Shown here: in pieces, positions 48,601-60,836 of the stretch
Layout of the letters: each line of letters begins with the position of its first letter
Numbering within the stretch: position 1 is the first letter of the stretch
Assembly (NCBI RefSeq): GCF_006345805.1
Contig: NC_043019.1
Coordinates: 15,995,360 to 16,059,359, forward strand
Direction of reading: 5' to 3'
Length of the DNA: 64,000 bases
Origin: Octopus sinensis
Lineage: Eukaryota
Position numbers and translations under genes: made by a program
The notes under the pieces: model-generated
Database searches by the model: none
What the model was told of the DNA's origin: nothing
The model's input: only the letters and a program-made list of their open reading frames with translations

Positions 48601-51600
48601 GTGCAGTGAGTGTAGTGAATCAGTGAGTGAAGTGAGTGCAGTGAGTGTAGTGAGTGCAGTGAGTGTAGTGAATAGGGTGAGTGAAGTGAGTGCAGTGAGT
48701 GTAGTGAATGCAGTGAGTGTAGTGAATGCAGTGAGTGAAGTGAGTGCAGTGAATGCAGTGAGTACTGTGAGTGAATGCAGTGAATGAAGGGAGTGCATTG
48801 AATGCAGGGAATGCAGTGGGAGCAGTGAGTGAGTGTAGTGAATGCAGTGAGTGAAGTGAGTGCATTGAATGCAGTGAGTACTGTGAGTGAATGCAGTGAA
48901 TGAAGGGAGTGCATTGAATGCAGTGGGAGCAGTGAGTGAGTGCAGTGAGTGAGTGCAGTGAGTGTAGTGAATGCAGTGAGTGAAGTGAGAGCAGTGAGTG
49001 TAGTGAATGCAGTGAGAGAAGTGAGTGCAGTGAATGCAGTGAGTACTGAGAGTGAATGCAGTGAATGAAGGGAGAGCATTGCATGCAGGAAATGCAGTGG
49101 GAGCAGTGAGTGAGTGCATTGAGTGTAGTGAATGCAGTGAGTGAAGTGAGTGCAGTGAGTGTAGTGAGTGCAGTGAGTGTAGTGAATGCAGTGAGTGAAG
49201 TGAGTGCAGTGAATGCAGTGAGTACTGAGAGTGAATGCAGTGAATGAAGGGAGAGCATTGAATGCAGGAAATGCAGTGGGAGCAGTGAGTGAGTGCAGTG
49301 AGTGTAGTGAATGCAGTGAGTGAAGTGAGTGCAGTGAGTGTAGTGAGTGCAGTGAGTGTAGTGAATGCAGTGAGAGAAGTGAGTGCAGTGAATGCAGTGA
49401 GTACTGTGTGTGAATGCAGTGAATGAAGGGAGTGAATTGAATGCAGGGAATGCAGTGGGAGCAGTGAGTGAGTGTAGTGAATGCAATGAGTGAAGTGAGA
49501 GCAGTGAATGCAGTGAGTACTGTGAGTGAATAAAGTGAATGAAGGGAGTGCATTGAATGCAGGGAATGCAGTGGGAGCAGTGAGTGTAGTGAATGCAGTG
49601 AGTGAAGTGAGTGCAGTGAGTGTAGTGAGTGCAGTGAGTGTAGTAAATGCAGTGAGTGAAGTGAGTGCAGTGAATGCAGTGAGTACTGTGAGTGAATGCA
49701 GTGAATGAAGGGAGTGTATTGAATGCAGGGAATGCAGTGGGAGCAGTGAGTGAGTGTAGTGAATGCAGTGAGTGAAGTGAGTGCAGTGAATGCAGTGAGT
49801 ACTGTGAGTGAATAAATTGAATGAAGGGAGTGCATTGAATGCAGGGAAGCAGTGGACTGCAGTGAGTGAGTGTAGTGATGCAGTGACGTGAAGTGAGTGC
49901 AGTGAATGCAGTGAGTACTAGACTGATGTGAATAAATTGAATGAGGGAAATGTGAGTGCCTTGAATGCAGGGGATGCAGTGGTGAGCAGTGAGTGAGTGC
50001 AGTGAGTGTAGTGAATGCAGTGATGACAGTGAGTGCAAGATGTGAGTGAGTGAGTGCAGTAATCAGTGTAGTGAATGCAGTGAGTGAAGTGAGTGCAGTG
50101 AATGCAGTGAGTACTCTGAGTGATTGCAGTGAATGAAGGGAGTGCATTGATTGCAGTGAATGCAGTGGAGCCTGTGAGTGAGTGTAGTGAATGCAGTGAG
50201 TGAAGTGAGTGCAGTGATGCAGTGAGTGACTGTGGAGTAATGCAGTGAATGAAGGAGTGCATTGAATGCAGGAATATGCAGTGGTGGAGCAGTGAGTGAG
50301 TGTTGTGAATGCAGTGAGTGAAGTGAGTGCAGTGAAAGCAGTGAGTGCTGTGTGTGAATAAAGTGAATGAAGGGAGTGCATGGAATGCAGGGAATGCAGT
50401 GGGAGCAGTGAGTGAGTGCAGTGAGTGTAGCGAATGCAGTGAGTGAAGTGGGTGCAGTGAGTGTAGTGAATGCAGTGAGTGAAGTGAGTGCAGTGAGTGT
50501 AGTGAATGCAGTGAGTGAAGTGAGTGCAGTGAGTGTAGTGAATGCAGTGAGTGAAGTGAGTGCAGTAAGTGTAGTGAATGCAGTGAGTGAAGTGAGTGCA
50601 GTGAGTGTAGTGAATGCAGTGAGTGAAGTGAGTGCAGCGAATGCAGTGAATGCAGTAAGTACTGTGAGTGAATGCAGTGAATGAAGGGAGTGCATTAAAT
50701 GCAGGGAATGCAGTGGGAGCAGTGAGTGAGTGTAGTGAATGCAGTGAGTGAAGTGAGTGCAGTGAATGCATTGAGTACTGTGAGTGAATGCAGTGAATGA
50801 AGAGAGTGCATTGAATGCAGGGAATGCAGTGGGAGCAGTGACTGAGTGCAGTGAGTGTAGTGAATGCAGTGAGTGAAGTCAGTGCAGTGAGTGTAGTGAA
50901 TGCAGTGAGAGAAGTGGGTGCAGTGAATGCAGTGAGTACTGTGAGTGAATGCAGTGAATGAAGGGACTGCATTGAATGCAGGAAATGCAGTGGGAGCAGT
51001 GAGTGAGTGCAGTGTGTGTAGTGAATGCAGTGAGTGAAGTGAGTGCAGTGAGTGTAGTGAATGCAGTGAATGAAGTGAGTGCAGTGAATGCAGTGAGTAC
51101 TGTGAGTGAATGCAGTGAATGAAGGGAGTGCATTGAATGCAGGGAATGCAGTGGGAGCAGTGAGTGAGTGCAGTAAGTGTAGTGAATGCATTGAGTGAAG
51201 TGAGTGCAGTGAATGCAGTGAGTACTGTGAGTGAATGCAGTGAATGAAGTGAGTGCATTGATTGCAGGGAATGCAGTGGGAGCAGTGAGTGAGTGTAGTG
51301 AATGCACTGAGTGAAGTGAGTGCAGTGAATGCAGTGAGTACTGTGAGTGAATGCAGTGAATGAAGGGAGTGCATTGAATGCAGGGAATGCAGTGGGGGCA
51401 GTGAGTGAGTGCAGTGAGTGTAGTGAATGCAGTGAGTGAAGTGAGTGCAGTGAGTGTAGTGAATGCAGTGAGAGAAGTGAGTGCAGTGAATGCAGTGAGT
51501 ACTGTGAGTGAATGCAGTGAATGAAGGCAGTGCATTGAATACAGGGAATGCAGTGGGAGCAGTGAGTGAGTGCAATGAGTGTAGTGAATGCAGTTAGTGA

Positions 51601-54600
51601 AGTGAGTGCAGTGAGTGTAGTGAGTGCAGTGAGTGTAGTGAATGCAGTGAGTGAAGTGAGTGCAGTGAATGCAGTGAGTACTGTGAATCAATGCAGTGAA
51701 TGAAGGGAGTGCATTTAATGCAGGGAATGCAGTGGGAGCAGTGAGTGAGTGCAGTGAGTGTAGTGAATACAGTGAGTGAAGTGAGTGCAGTGAGTGTAGT
51801 GAGTGCAGTGAGTGTAGTGAATGCAGTGAGAGAAGTGAGTGCAGTGAATGCAGTGAGTACTATGAGTGAATGCAGTGAATGAAGGGAGTGCATTGAATGC
51901 AGGGAATGCAGTGGGAGCAGTGAGTGAGTGCAGTGAATGCAGTGAGTGAAGTGAGTGCAGTGAGTGTAGTGAGTGCAGTGAATGCAGTGAGTGAAGTGAG
52001 TGCAGTGAATGCAGTGAGTACTGTGAGTGAATGCAGTGAATGAAGGGAGTGCATTGAATTTAGTGAATGCAGTGGGAGCAGTGAGTGAGTGTAGTGAATG
52101 AAGTGAGTGAAGTGAGTGCAGTGAATGCAGTGAGTACTGTGAGTGAATAAAGTGAATGAAGGGAGTGCATTGAATGCAGGGAATGCAGTGGGAGCAGTGA
52201 GTGAGTGCAGTGAGTGTAGTGAATGCTGTGAGTGAAGTGAGTGCAGTGAATGTAGTGAATGCAGTGAGAGAAGTGAGTGCAATGAATGCAGTAATTTCTG
52301 TGAGTGAATGCAGTGAATGAAGGGAGAGCATTAAATACAGGGAATGCAGTGGGAGCAGTGAGTGTAGTGAATGCAGTGAGTGAAGTGAGTGCAGTGAGTG
52401 TAGTGAGTGCAGTGAGTGTAGTGAATGCAGTGAGTGAAGTGAGTGCAGTGAATGTAGTGAATGCAGTGAGAGAAGTGAGTGCAGTGAATGCAGTGAGTTC
52501 TGTGAGTGAATGCAGTGAATGAAGGGAGTGCACTGAATGCAGGGAATGCAGTGGGAGCAGTGAGTGTAGTGAATGCAGTGAGTGAAGTGAGTGCTGTGAG
52601 TGTAGTGAGTTCAGTGAGTGTAGTGAATGCAGTGAGTGATGTGAGTGCAGTGAATGCAGTGAGTACTGTGAGTGAATGCAGTGAATGAAGGGAGTGCATT
52701 GAATGCAGGGAATGCAGTGGGAGCAGTGAGTGAGTGCAGTGAGTGTAGTGAATGCAGTGAGAGAAGTGAGTGCAGTGAATGCAGTGTGTATTGTGAGTGA
52801 ATGCAGTGAATGAAGGGAGTGCATTGAATGCAGGGAATGCAGTGGGAGCAGTGAGTGAGTGCAGTGAGTGTAGTGAATGCAGTGAGTTAAGTGAGTGCAG
52901 TGAGTGTAGTGAGTGCAGTGAGTGTAGTGAATGCAGTGAGTGAAGTGAGTGCAGTGACTGCAGTGAGTACTGTGAGTGAATGCAGTGAATGAAGGGAGTG
53001 CATTGAATGCAGGGAATGCAGTGGGAGCAGTGAGTGAGTGCAGTGAGTGTAGTGAATGCAGTGAGAGAACTGAGTGCAGTGAATGCAGTGAGTACTGTGA
53101 GTGAATGCAGTGAATGAAGGGAGTGCATTGAATGCAGGGAATGCAGTGGGAGCAGTGAGTGAGTGCAGTGAGTGTAGTGAATGCAGTGAGTGAAGTGAGT
53201 GCAGTGAATGCAGTGAGTACTGTGAGTGAATGCAGTGAATGAAGGGAGTGCATTGAATGCAGGGAATGCAGTGGGAGCAGTGAGATAGTGAAGTGAGTGT
53301 AGTGAGTGAAGTCAGTGCAGTGAGTGTAGTGAGTGCAGTGAGTGATTTGAGAGAGTACAGTGAGTGATTGCAGTGAATGAGTGAGTGAGTGCATTGAGTG
53401 CGTAATTGAATGAGTGAGTGCAGAGAATGCGTGAGTGATTGCAGTGAATGCAGGGAGAGCAGTTCGTGAGTGCAGTGAGTGTGTGATTGCAGTGAGTGAG
53501 TGAGTGCAGTGCGTGAGTGAGTGAAGTGCGTGAGTGAGTGCAGTGAAGAAAGTGAGGGCAGTGAATGCAGGGCAGTGGGTGAGTGCAGTGAATGCAGTGA
53601 GAGCAGTGAGTGAGTGCAGTGAATGTAGTGAGAGCAGTGAGTGAGTGCAGTGAGTAAATGAGTGCTGTGAGTAAATGCAGTAGGTGAGTGAGTAAAGTGA
53701 GTTAAGTGAGTGAATTGTGTTAAGTGAGTGCTGTGATTACAGTGAGTGCGTGTAGTGAGTGACAGAAGTTAGTGCAGTTAGCAAGTGCAGTGTGTGAGGG
53801 AGTGTAGTGAATGAATGATGGAAGTGCAGATAGTGACTGAGTGCAGTGAGTGAATGCGGTGAATGAAGGGAGTGCAGTGAATGTAGGGAATGCAGTGGGA
53901 GTAGTGAGTGAGTGAAGTGAGTGCAGTGAGTGCAGTGAGTGTAGTGAGTGCTGTGAGTGAATGCAGTGAATGATGGGAGTGCAGTGAATCAAGGAATGCA
54001 GTGGGAGCAGTGAGTGAGTGTAGTGAGTGTAGTGAGTGAAGTGAGTGCAGTGAGTGTAGTGAGTGCAGTGAGTGTAGTGAATGCAGTGAGTGAAGTGAGT
54101 GCAGTGAGTGAATTGAGAGAGTACAGTGAGTGATTGCAGTGAATGAGTGAGTGAGTGAGTGCATTGATTGCGTAATTGAATGAGTGAGTGCAGAGAATGA
54201 GTGAGTGATTGCAGTGAATGCAGGGAGAGCAGTTCTTGAGTGCAGTGAGTGCAGTGCGTGAGTGAGTGAAGTGAAGAAAGTGAGGGCAGTGAGTGAGTGC
54301 AGTGAGTGCAGTGTGTGAATGCAGTGAATGAAGGGAGTGCAGTGAATGCAGGGGGAGCAGTGAGTGAGTGAAGTGACTGTAGTGAGTGCAGTGAGTGTAG
54401 TGAGTGCAGCAGTGAATGCAGGGGGAGCAGTGAGTGAGTGAGTGAGTGAGTGTAGTGAGTGCAGTGAATGAGTGAGGCATTGAGTGCAGTAATAGAGTGA
54501 GTGAGTTCAGTGGGTGCAGAGAATGAGTGAGTGATTGCAGTGAATGCAGGGAGAGCAGTGCGTGAGTGCAGTGCGTGCAATGCGTGAGTGAGTGCAGTGA

Positions 54601-56322
54601 AGGAAGTGGAGGCAGTGAGTGAGTGCAGTGAAGGAAGTGGGGGCAGTGAGTGAGGGCAGTGGGTGAGTGCAGTGAATGCAGTGAATGAAGTGAGTGCAGT
54701 GAGAGCAGTGAGTGTGTGAGTGCAGTGAGCGAGTGAATGAGTGCAGTGAGTGAGTGCTGTGAGTGAATGAGTGCAGGAAGTCAGTGAGTGCAGTGATTAC
54801 AGTGAGTGAGTGAAGTGAGTGTAGTGAGTGATAGAAGTTAGTGCAGTGAGCAAGTGCAGTGTTTGAGGGAGTGTAGTGAATGAAGTGATGGAAGTGCAGA
54901 TAGTGACTGAGTGCAGTGAGTGAATGCAGTGAATGGAGGGAGTGCAGTGAATGTAGGGAATGCAGTGGGAGCATTACAGTGAGAGAGTACAGTGCGTGAG
55001 TGATGTAAGTGAGTGAGTGCAGTGAGTGCAGTGAGTGTGTGAGTGCAGTGAGTGCGTGAGTGCAGTGAATGCAGTGAGTGAATGCAGTGAATGAAGGGAG
55101 TGTAGTGAATGCAGGGAATGCAGTGGGAGCAGTGAGTGAGTGAAGTGAGTGTAGTGTGTGAAGTGAGTGTAGTGAGTGCAGTGAGTGAGTAAAGTGAGTG
55201 CTGTGTGTGTAGTGAGTAAAGTGAGTGCAGTGTGTGCAGTGAGTGAGTGTAGTGATTGCAGTGGGTGATGGAGTGCAGTGAGAGAGTAAGTGAGTGCAGT
55301 GAGTGAAGTGAGTGAGTGCAGTAAGTGAGTGAGTGTAGTGAATGCAGTGTGTGAGTGAGGCATTGAGTGCAGTAATAGAGTGAGTGAGTGCAGTACGTGC
55401 AGAGAATGAGTGAGTGATTGCAGTGAATGGAGGCAGAGCAGTGCGTGAGTGCAGTGCGTGAGTGAGTGCAGTGAAGGAAGTGAGGGCAGTGGGGGAGTGC
55501 AGTGAATGCAGTGGGTGAGTGAGTGCAGTGAGAGAGTAATTGAGTGCAGTTAGTGAAGTGAGAGAGTACAGTGAGTGAGTGATGTAAGTGAGTGAGTGCA
55601 GTGAGTGAGTGAGTGCATTGAGTGCAGTAAAAGTGCAGTGAGTTCATTGAGTGCAGAGAATGAGTGAGTGATTGCAGTGAATGCAGGGAGAGCAGTGCGT
55701 GAGTGCTGTGCGTGAGTGAGTGCAGTGAAGGAAGTGAGTGCAGTGAGTGAGTGTAGTGAATGCAGTGAGTTAGTGCGTGCAGTGTGAGAGTAAGTGAGTG
55801 CAGTGAGTGAGTGAGTGCAGTGAGTGAATTCAGTGAATGAAGCGAGTGCAGTGAGTGCGTGAGCGCAGTGTGTGAGTGCAGTGCAGTGCATGCAGTGAGT
55901 GCAGTGAGTGAGTGAGTGCAGTGAGCGAGTGCAGTGAGTAAGAGCAGTGAGTGCAGTGAGTGAGTGAATGGATGCAGTGACTGAGTTCAGTGAGAGCAGT
56001 GAGTGAAGTGAGTGAGTGAAGAGGGTGCAGTGAGTAAGTGAGTGTAGTGAGTGAGTGAGTAAGGTGGGTGCAGTGAGTGAGTGAGTGCTGTGAGTGCGTG
56101 AGTGCAGTGAATGCAGTGAGTGTAGTGAATGCAGTGAGTGAGTGCAGTGAATGTAGTGAGTGCATTCAGTGCCTGAGTGCAGTGGGTGAGTGACTGTAGT
56201 GAATACAGAGAGTGAAGTGAGTGAGTGCAGTGATTGCAGTGAGTGCAGTGATTGCAGTGACTGAGTGAGTGTAGTGAGTGAGTGAGTGCAGTGAGCGCAG
56301 TGAATTAAGTGAGTGCAGTGAA
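36658..56322. repeat. ~19.7-kb complex satellite of 9-mers (GCAGTGAGT / GTAGTGAAT / GAAGTGAGT) with a 125+9n-bp higher-order unit
   Basis: Invariant 85-bp core GCAGTGAAT GCAGTGAGT ACTGTGAGT GAAT GCAGTGAAT GAAGGGAGT GCATTGAAT GCAGGGAAT GCAGTGGGA GCAGTGAGT plus a variable 9-mer run. GAAGGGAG spacings measured at 52687, 52812, 52991, 53116 and 53241 are 125, 179, 125 and 125. Confidence 0.95.
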
Positions 56323-56620
56323 TTCGTTGAGAGTGCAGGAACCAACTGATACGACTCAAAGACGATAGATTAGCTTAGAATGTTATCGTCTGCTAAAACT
56401 GGAAGAAAGGAAAATTCGGTTGTTTCCGGATAATTCCGGTTTGAACTTCGTTTGTGAAATAACTGTGATGAGTGAGTGTGTGTGGGTATGTGTGTGGGTG
56501 TGTGTGAGTGAGAGAGAGAGAGAGAGAGAAAAGAGAAACACTGTGTGGTTAGAGAGAGAGTAAGAGAGAAAGAAGAGAGAGAAGGAAGGAGAGGGAGAGA
56601 GAAGAGAAAGAGTGAAAGAT

Positions 56621-57110
56621 AGGGATATAAAAACATCTTCTCCCATCGAACAACCGGTCTAAATTGTAGCCTCAATAATATGAAGCATTAAATTGTTAAA
56701 CACCAACCGAAGCTAGAATGGTGGAAGCGCAGAGAGTTCCAAAGAATTTAAGAATTCAACGAAATATTTGACAGCCTCTGCCGGATCTGGAACTAAATCT
56801 ATAGATATATATGGTTTTACATACCTGTATATTTCCTGAAATACGATACAATAACTTACTATTTATGCTATTGACAGCCCTTTCACGTAAATACTTGTGA
56901 TTTTGCTGGTGGTTCTGGAAATTTGGAAACACTCTTGCTAATAAGTTCATCGAACGATGAATCTGATGTACTAATAAGAGATGTATCTAAATGGTCATCT
57001 TCATCAAGGAGTACCTTACCTTCTCCGTGTTCCAGTAAATTCTGAGCGATTTCTTTAGCAAAATAATTGCCCGAAAACAATTCGGCTCTCATATTCTTAC
57101 TTAGGCTTAT
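56621..57110 (-). pseudogene. Helitron RepHel PIF1-helicase fragment, unit 1
   Basis: LSKNMRAELFSG...EIAQNLLEHGEGKV...FDELI / RVFPNFQNHQQNHKYLRERAV / AEAVKYFVEFLNSLELSALPPF*LRL...HIIEATI*TGCSMGEDVFI. Collinear with the Helitron PIF1 pattern (L..NMR...F...LL.IG.G; VFP...ERAIL; YP.EFLNSL..SG.PPH; IEATI.TG...GEDVFIP), with 2 frameshifts, stops and internal deletions. Confidence 0.88.
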
Positions 57111-57145
57111 ACATACATATATACATACATACATACATACATACA

Positions 57146-57179
<34 letters not shown>

Positions 57180-57290
57180 CATACATACATACATACATAC
57201 ATACATACATACATACATAATACATACATACATATGCACACATATATACATACATACATACATGCATGCATGCATACATACATACATACA

Positions 57291-57324
<34 letters not shown>

Positions 57325-57476
57325 CATAAGCATATAAGCACAAACACTTATCGATAAATATATAGATAGATAGATATGTATGATAGTTATATATATATAT
57401 AGATAGATACATGTGTGTGTGCATATGTTCATACATATAAACATACACACACACACACACATATATATAGAGCAGT

Positions 57477-57525
57477 TGTATACTGTCAACTTCATGGGTC
57501 TGTCACGTTAAGTTGACAGTATACA
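57477..57525. repeat. 16-bp perfect inverted repeat with 17-nt loop, one per tandem unit
   Basis: TGTATACTGTCAACTT / AAGTTGACAGTATACA; also at 59228-59276, 61043-61104 (22-bp form) and 62786-62834. Confidence 0.93.
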
Positions 57526-58179
57526 TCTCCTCTATCGTCCCACCACTGCTTATATCTCTTTCAGATATTTAGAAACGTAATATTTATATTTATATATATA
57601 TATATATATAGCATAGCTGTACACACGCGTGTATGCATGTGAATGTAAGCTAGACATAAGGAGAGAAGAAATATAGAGAAGTGCAGGAGTGACCTGAAAG
57701 ACACTTTTTAGAAATAATTTAATTTTCTTTCACATTTTTCAACGAATTTAATAAGATATTCTACTTCACTTCAAACTTGATGTCTTCGCGAACAGAACAG
57801 AAATTCTCATCTCAAATATCAACACCAAAGACTGATAAGCGATTGAACAATACCAGTTCCTCCTCTTTAGAAAGCGGTCTTTTCTTACTTTATGATAGAT
57901 GAGTGGCTAATTACAGTTTTATAAAGATGTAATGAGTATTTTTGAATGAAGTTAATAGGGAACTTTACCTTCGATGCTGACATGAGACGTCTCCTTCGTT
58001 GAGAGTGCAGGAACCAACTGATACGACTCAAAGACGATGGTTTAGCTTAGAAAGTTATCGTCTGCTAAAACTGGAAGAAAGGAAAATTCGGTTGTTTCCG
58101 GATAATTCCGGTTTGAACTTCGTTTGTGAAATAACTGTGAGTGAGTGAGTGAGTGTGTGGGTATGTGTGTGTGTGAGAT

Positions 58180-58225
<46 letters not shown>

Positions 58226-58444
58226 TAGAAGAGAGGTAGAGAGAGATAGAAGATTGAGAGAGAGAAAAGGAGTCTCTGTGTTAGAGAGAGAGTAAGAGAG
58301 AAGAGAAAGAGAGAAGAGAGAGAGAAAGAGAGAAGAGAGAGAGAAAGAGAGAAGAAAGGAGTCTCTGTGTTAGAGAGAGAGAGTAAGAGAGAAAGAGAAA
58401 GAGAAGAGAGAGAGAGAGGGACAGAGAGAGAAAGAGTGAAAGAG

Positions 58445-58934
58445 AGGGATATAAAAACATCTTCTCCCATAGAACAACCGGTCTAAATTGTAGCCTCAAT
58501 AATATGAAGCATTAAATTGTTAAACACCAACCGAAGCTAGAATGGTGGAAGCGCAGAGAGTTCCAAAGAATTTAAGAATTCAACGAATTATTTGACAGCC
58601 TCTGCAGGATCTGGAACTAAATCTATAGATATATATGGTTTTACATACCTGTATATTTCCTGAAATACGATACAATAACTTACTATTTATGCTATTGACA
58701 GCCCTTTCACGTAAATACTTGTGATTCTGCTGGTGGTTCTGGAAATTTGGAAACACTCTTGCTAATAAGTTCATCGAATGATGAAACTGATGTACAAATA
58801 AGAGATGTATCTAAATGGTCATCTTTATCAAGGAGTACCTTACCTTCTCCGTGTTCCAGTAAATTCTGAGTGATTTCTTTAGCAAAATAATTGCCCGAAA
58901 ACAATTCGGCTCTCATATTCTTAGTTAGGCTTAT
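58445..58934 (-). pseudogene. Helitron PIF1-helicase fragment, unit 2
   Basis: Same motifs and lesions as unit 1 (ORFs 58707..59246 and 58580..58774). Confidence 0.88.
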
Positions 58935-58985
58935 ACATACATACATACATACATACATACATACATACATACATACATACATACA

Positions 58986-59019
<34 letters not shown>

Positions 59020-60201
59020 CATACATACATACATACATATACATACATACATACATATATACATAAGCATATATATATGCATATAAGCATATATGCACAA
59101 ACACTTATAGATAGATAGATAGATAGATACGTATGATAGTTAATATATATATATATAATCGATGTGTGTGTACATATGTTCATACATATAAACATACACA
59201 CACACACACATATATATATAGAGCAGTTGTATACTGTCAACTTCATGGGTCTGTCACGTTAAGTTGACAGTATACATCTCCTCTATCGTCCCACCACTGC
59301 TTATATCTCTTTCAGATATTTAGAAACGTAATTATATATATATATTATATATATATATATATAATATATATATATATATATTATATATATAGCATAGCTG
59401 TACACACGCGTGTATGCATGTGAATGTAAGCTAGACATAAGGAGAGAAGAAATATAGAGAAGTGCAGGAGTGACCTGAAAGACACTTTTCAAGAAATAAT
59501 TTAATCTTTTTTCAACGAATTTAATAAGATATTCTACGTTCACTTCAAACTTGATGTCTTCGCGAACAGAACAGAAATTCTTATCTCCAAATATCAACAC
59601 CAAAGACTGATAAGCGATTGAACAATACCAGTTTCCTCTTTAGAAAGCTGTCTTTTCTTACTTTATGATAGATGACTGGCTAATTACAGTTTTATAAAGA
59701 TGTAATGAGTATTTTTGAATGAAGTTAATAGGGAACTTTACCTTCAATGCTGACATGAGACGTCTCCTTCGTTGAGAGTGCAGGAACCAACTGATACGAC
59801 TCAAAGACGATGTTTAGCTTAGAAAGTTATCGTCTGCTAAAACTGGAAGAAAGGAAATTCGGTTGTTTCCGGATAATTCCGGTTTGAACTTCGTTTGTGA
59901 AATAACTGTGAGTGAGTGAGTGAGTGAGTGTGTGGGTATGTGTGTGTGTGAGAGAGAGAGAGGAGAGAAGAGAGGGAGGTAGAAGAGGGAGCGAGAAGAG
60001 ATAGAAGAGAGGGAGAGAGAGACAGAATATATATATAGAGAAAAATAGTCTCTGTGTTAGAGAGAGAGTAAGAGAAAAGAGAGAGAGAGAAGAGAGATAG
60101 AGAGAGAGAGAAAAAAAGTGTCTGTGTTAGAGAGAGAATAAGAGAGAAAGAGAGAGAGAAGGAAGGGACAGAGAGAGAGAGAGAGAGAAAGAGTGAAAGA
60201 T

Positions 60202-60661
60202 AGGGATATAAAAACATCTCCCATAGAACAACCGGTCTAAATTTTGTTAAACACCAACCGAAGCTAGAATGGTGGAAGCGCAGAGAGTTCCAAAGAATTT
60301 AAGAATTCAACGAATTATTTGACAGCCTCTGCCGGATCTGGAACTAAATCTATAGATATATATGGTTTTACATACCTGTATATTTCCTGAAATACGATAC
60401 AATAACTTACTATTTATGCTATTGACAGCCCTTTCACGTAAATACTTGTGATTTTGCTGGTGGTTCTGGAAATTTGGAAACACTCTTGCTAATAAGTTCA
60501 TCGAATGATGAAACTGATGTACAAATAAGAGATGTATCTAAATGGTCATCTTTATCAAGGAGTACCTTACCTTCTCCGTGTTCCAGTAAATTCTGAGCGA
60601 TTTCTTTAGCAAAATAATTGCCCGAAAACAATTCGGCTCTCATATTCTTACTTAGGCTTAT
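60202..60661 (-). pseudogene. Helitron PIF1-helicase fragment, unit 3
   Basis: Same motifs (ORFs 60434..60739, 60307..60501), plus a ~27-bp deletion between TAAATT repeats. Confidence 0.86.
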
Positions 60662-60836
60662 ACATACATATATACATACATACATATGCACACATACATA
60701 CATACATACATAAGCATATATATATATGCATATAAGCATATATGCACAACCACTTATAGATAGATAGATAGATAGATACGTATGATAGTTTTATATATAT
60801 ATATATGTATAAGGGTGGAAAGGAACACACGAGTTG

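Noticed and set aside
36658-56322. CRISPR-like or telomeric interpretation of the array; canonical G-quadruplex
   Set aside because: No unique spacers or cas genes and the context is eukaryotic. No TTAGGG units. Only three GGG tracts per core with the fourth ~85 bp away.
36575-56359. Very long His/Thr/Leu/Cys-rich ORFs (up to 1567 aa) on the minus strand
   Set aside because: The satellite's plus strand almost lacks TTA, CTA and TCA, so the minus strand is stop-free by composition. All three frames are open and overlap with interchangeable HSL/TAFT/THC text, frames switch at 4-bp linkers, and there is no unique start context. They do not resemble Gly/His-rich beak proteins.
57000-57110. Host exon suggested by GAAG|GTAAGG on the minus strand
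   Set aside because: Helicase homology continues collinearly through the apparent donor (GEGKV), so it lies within the Helitron coding relic.
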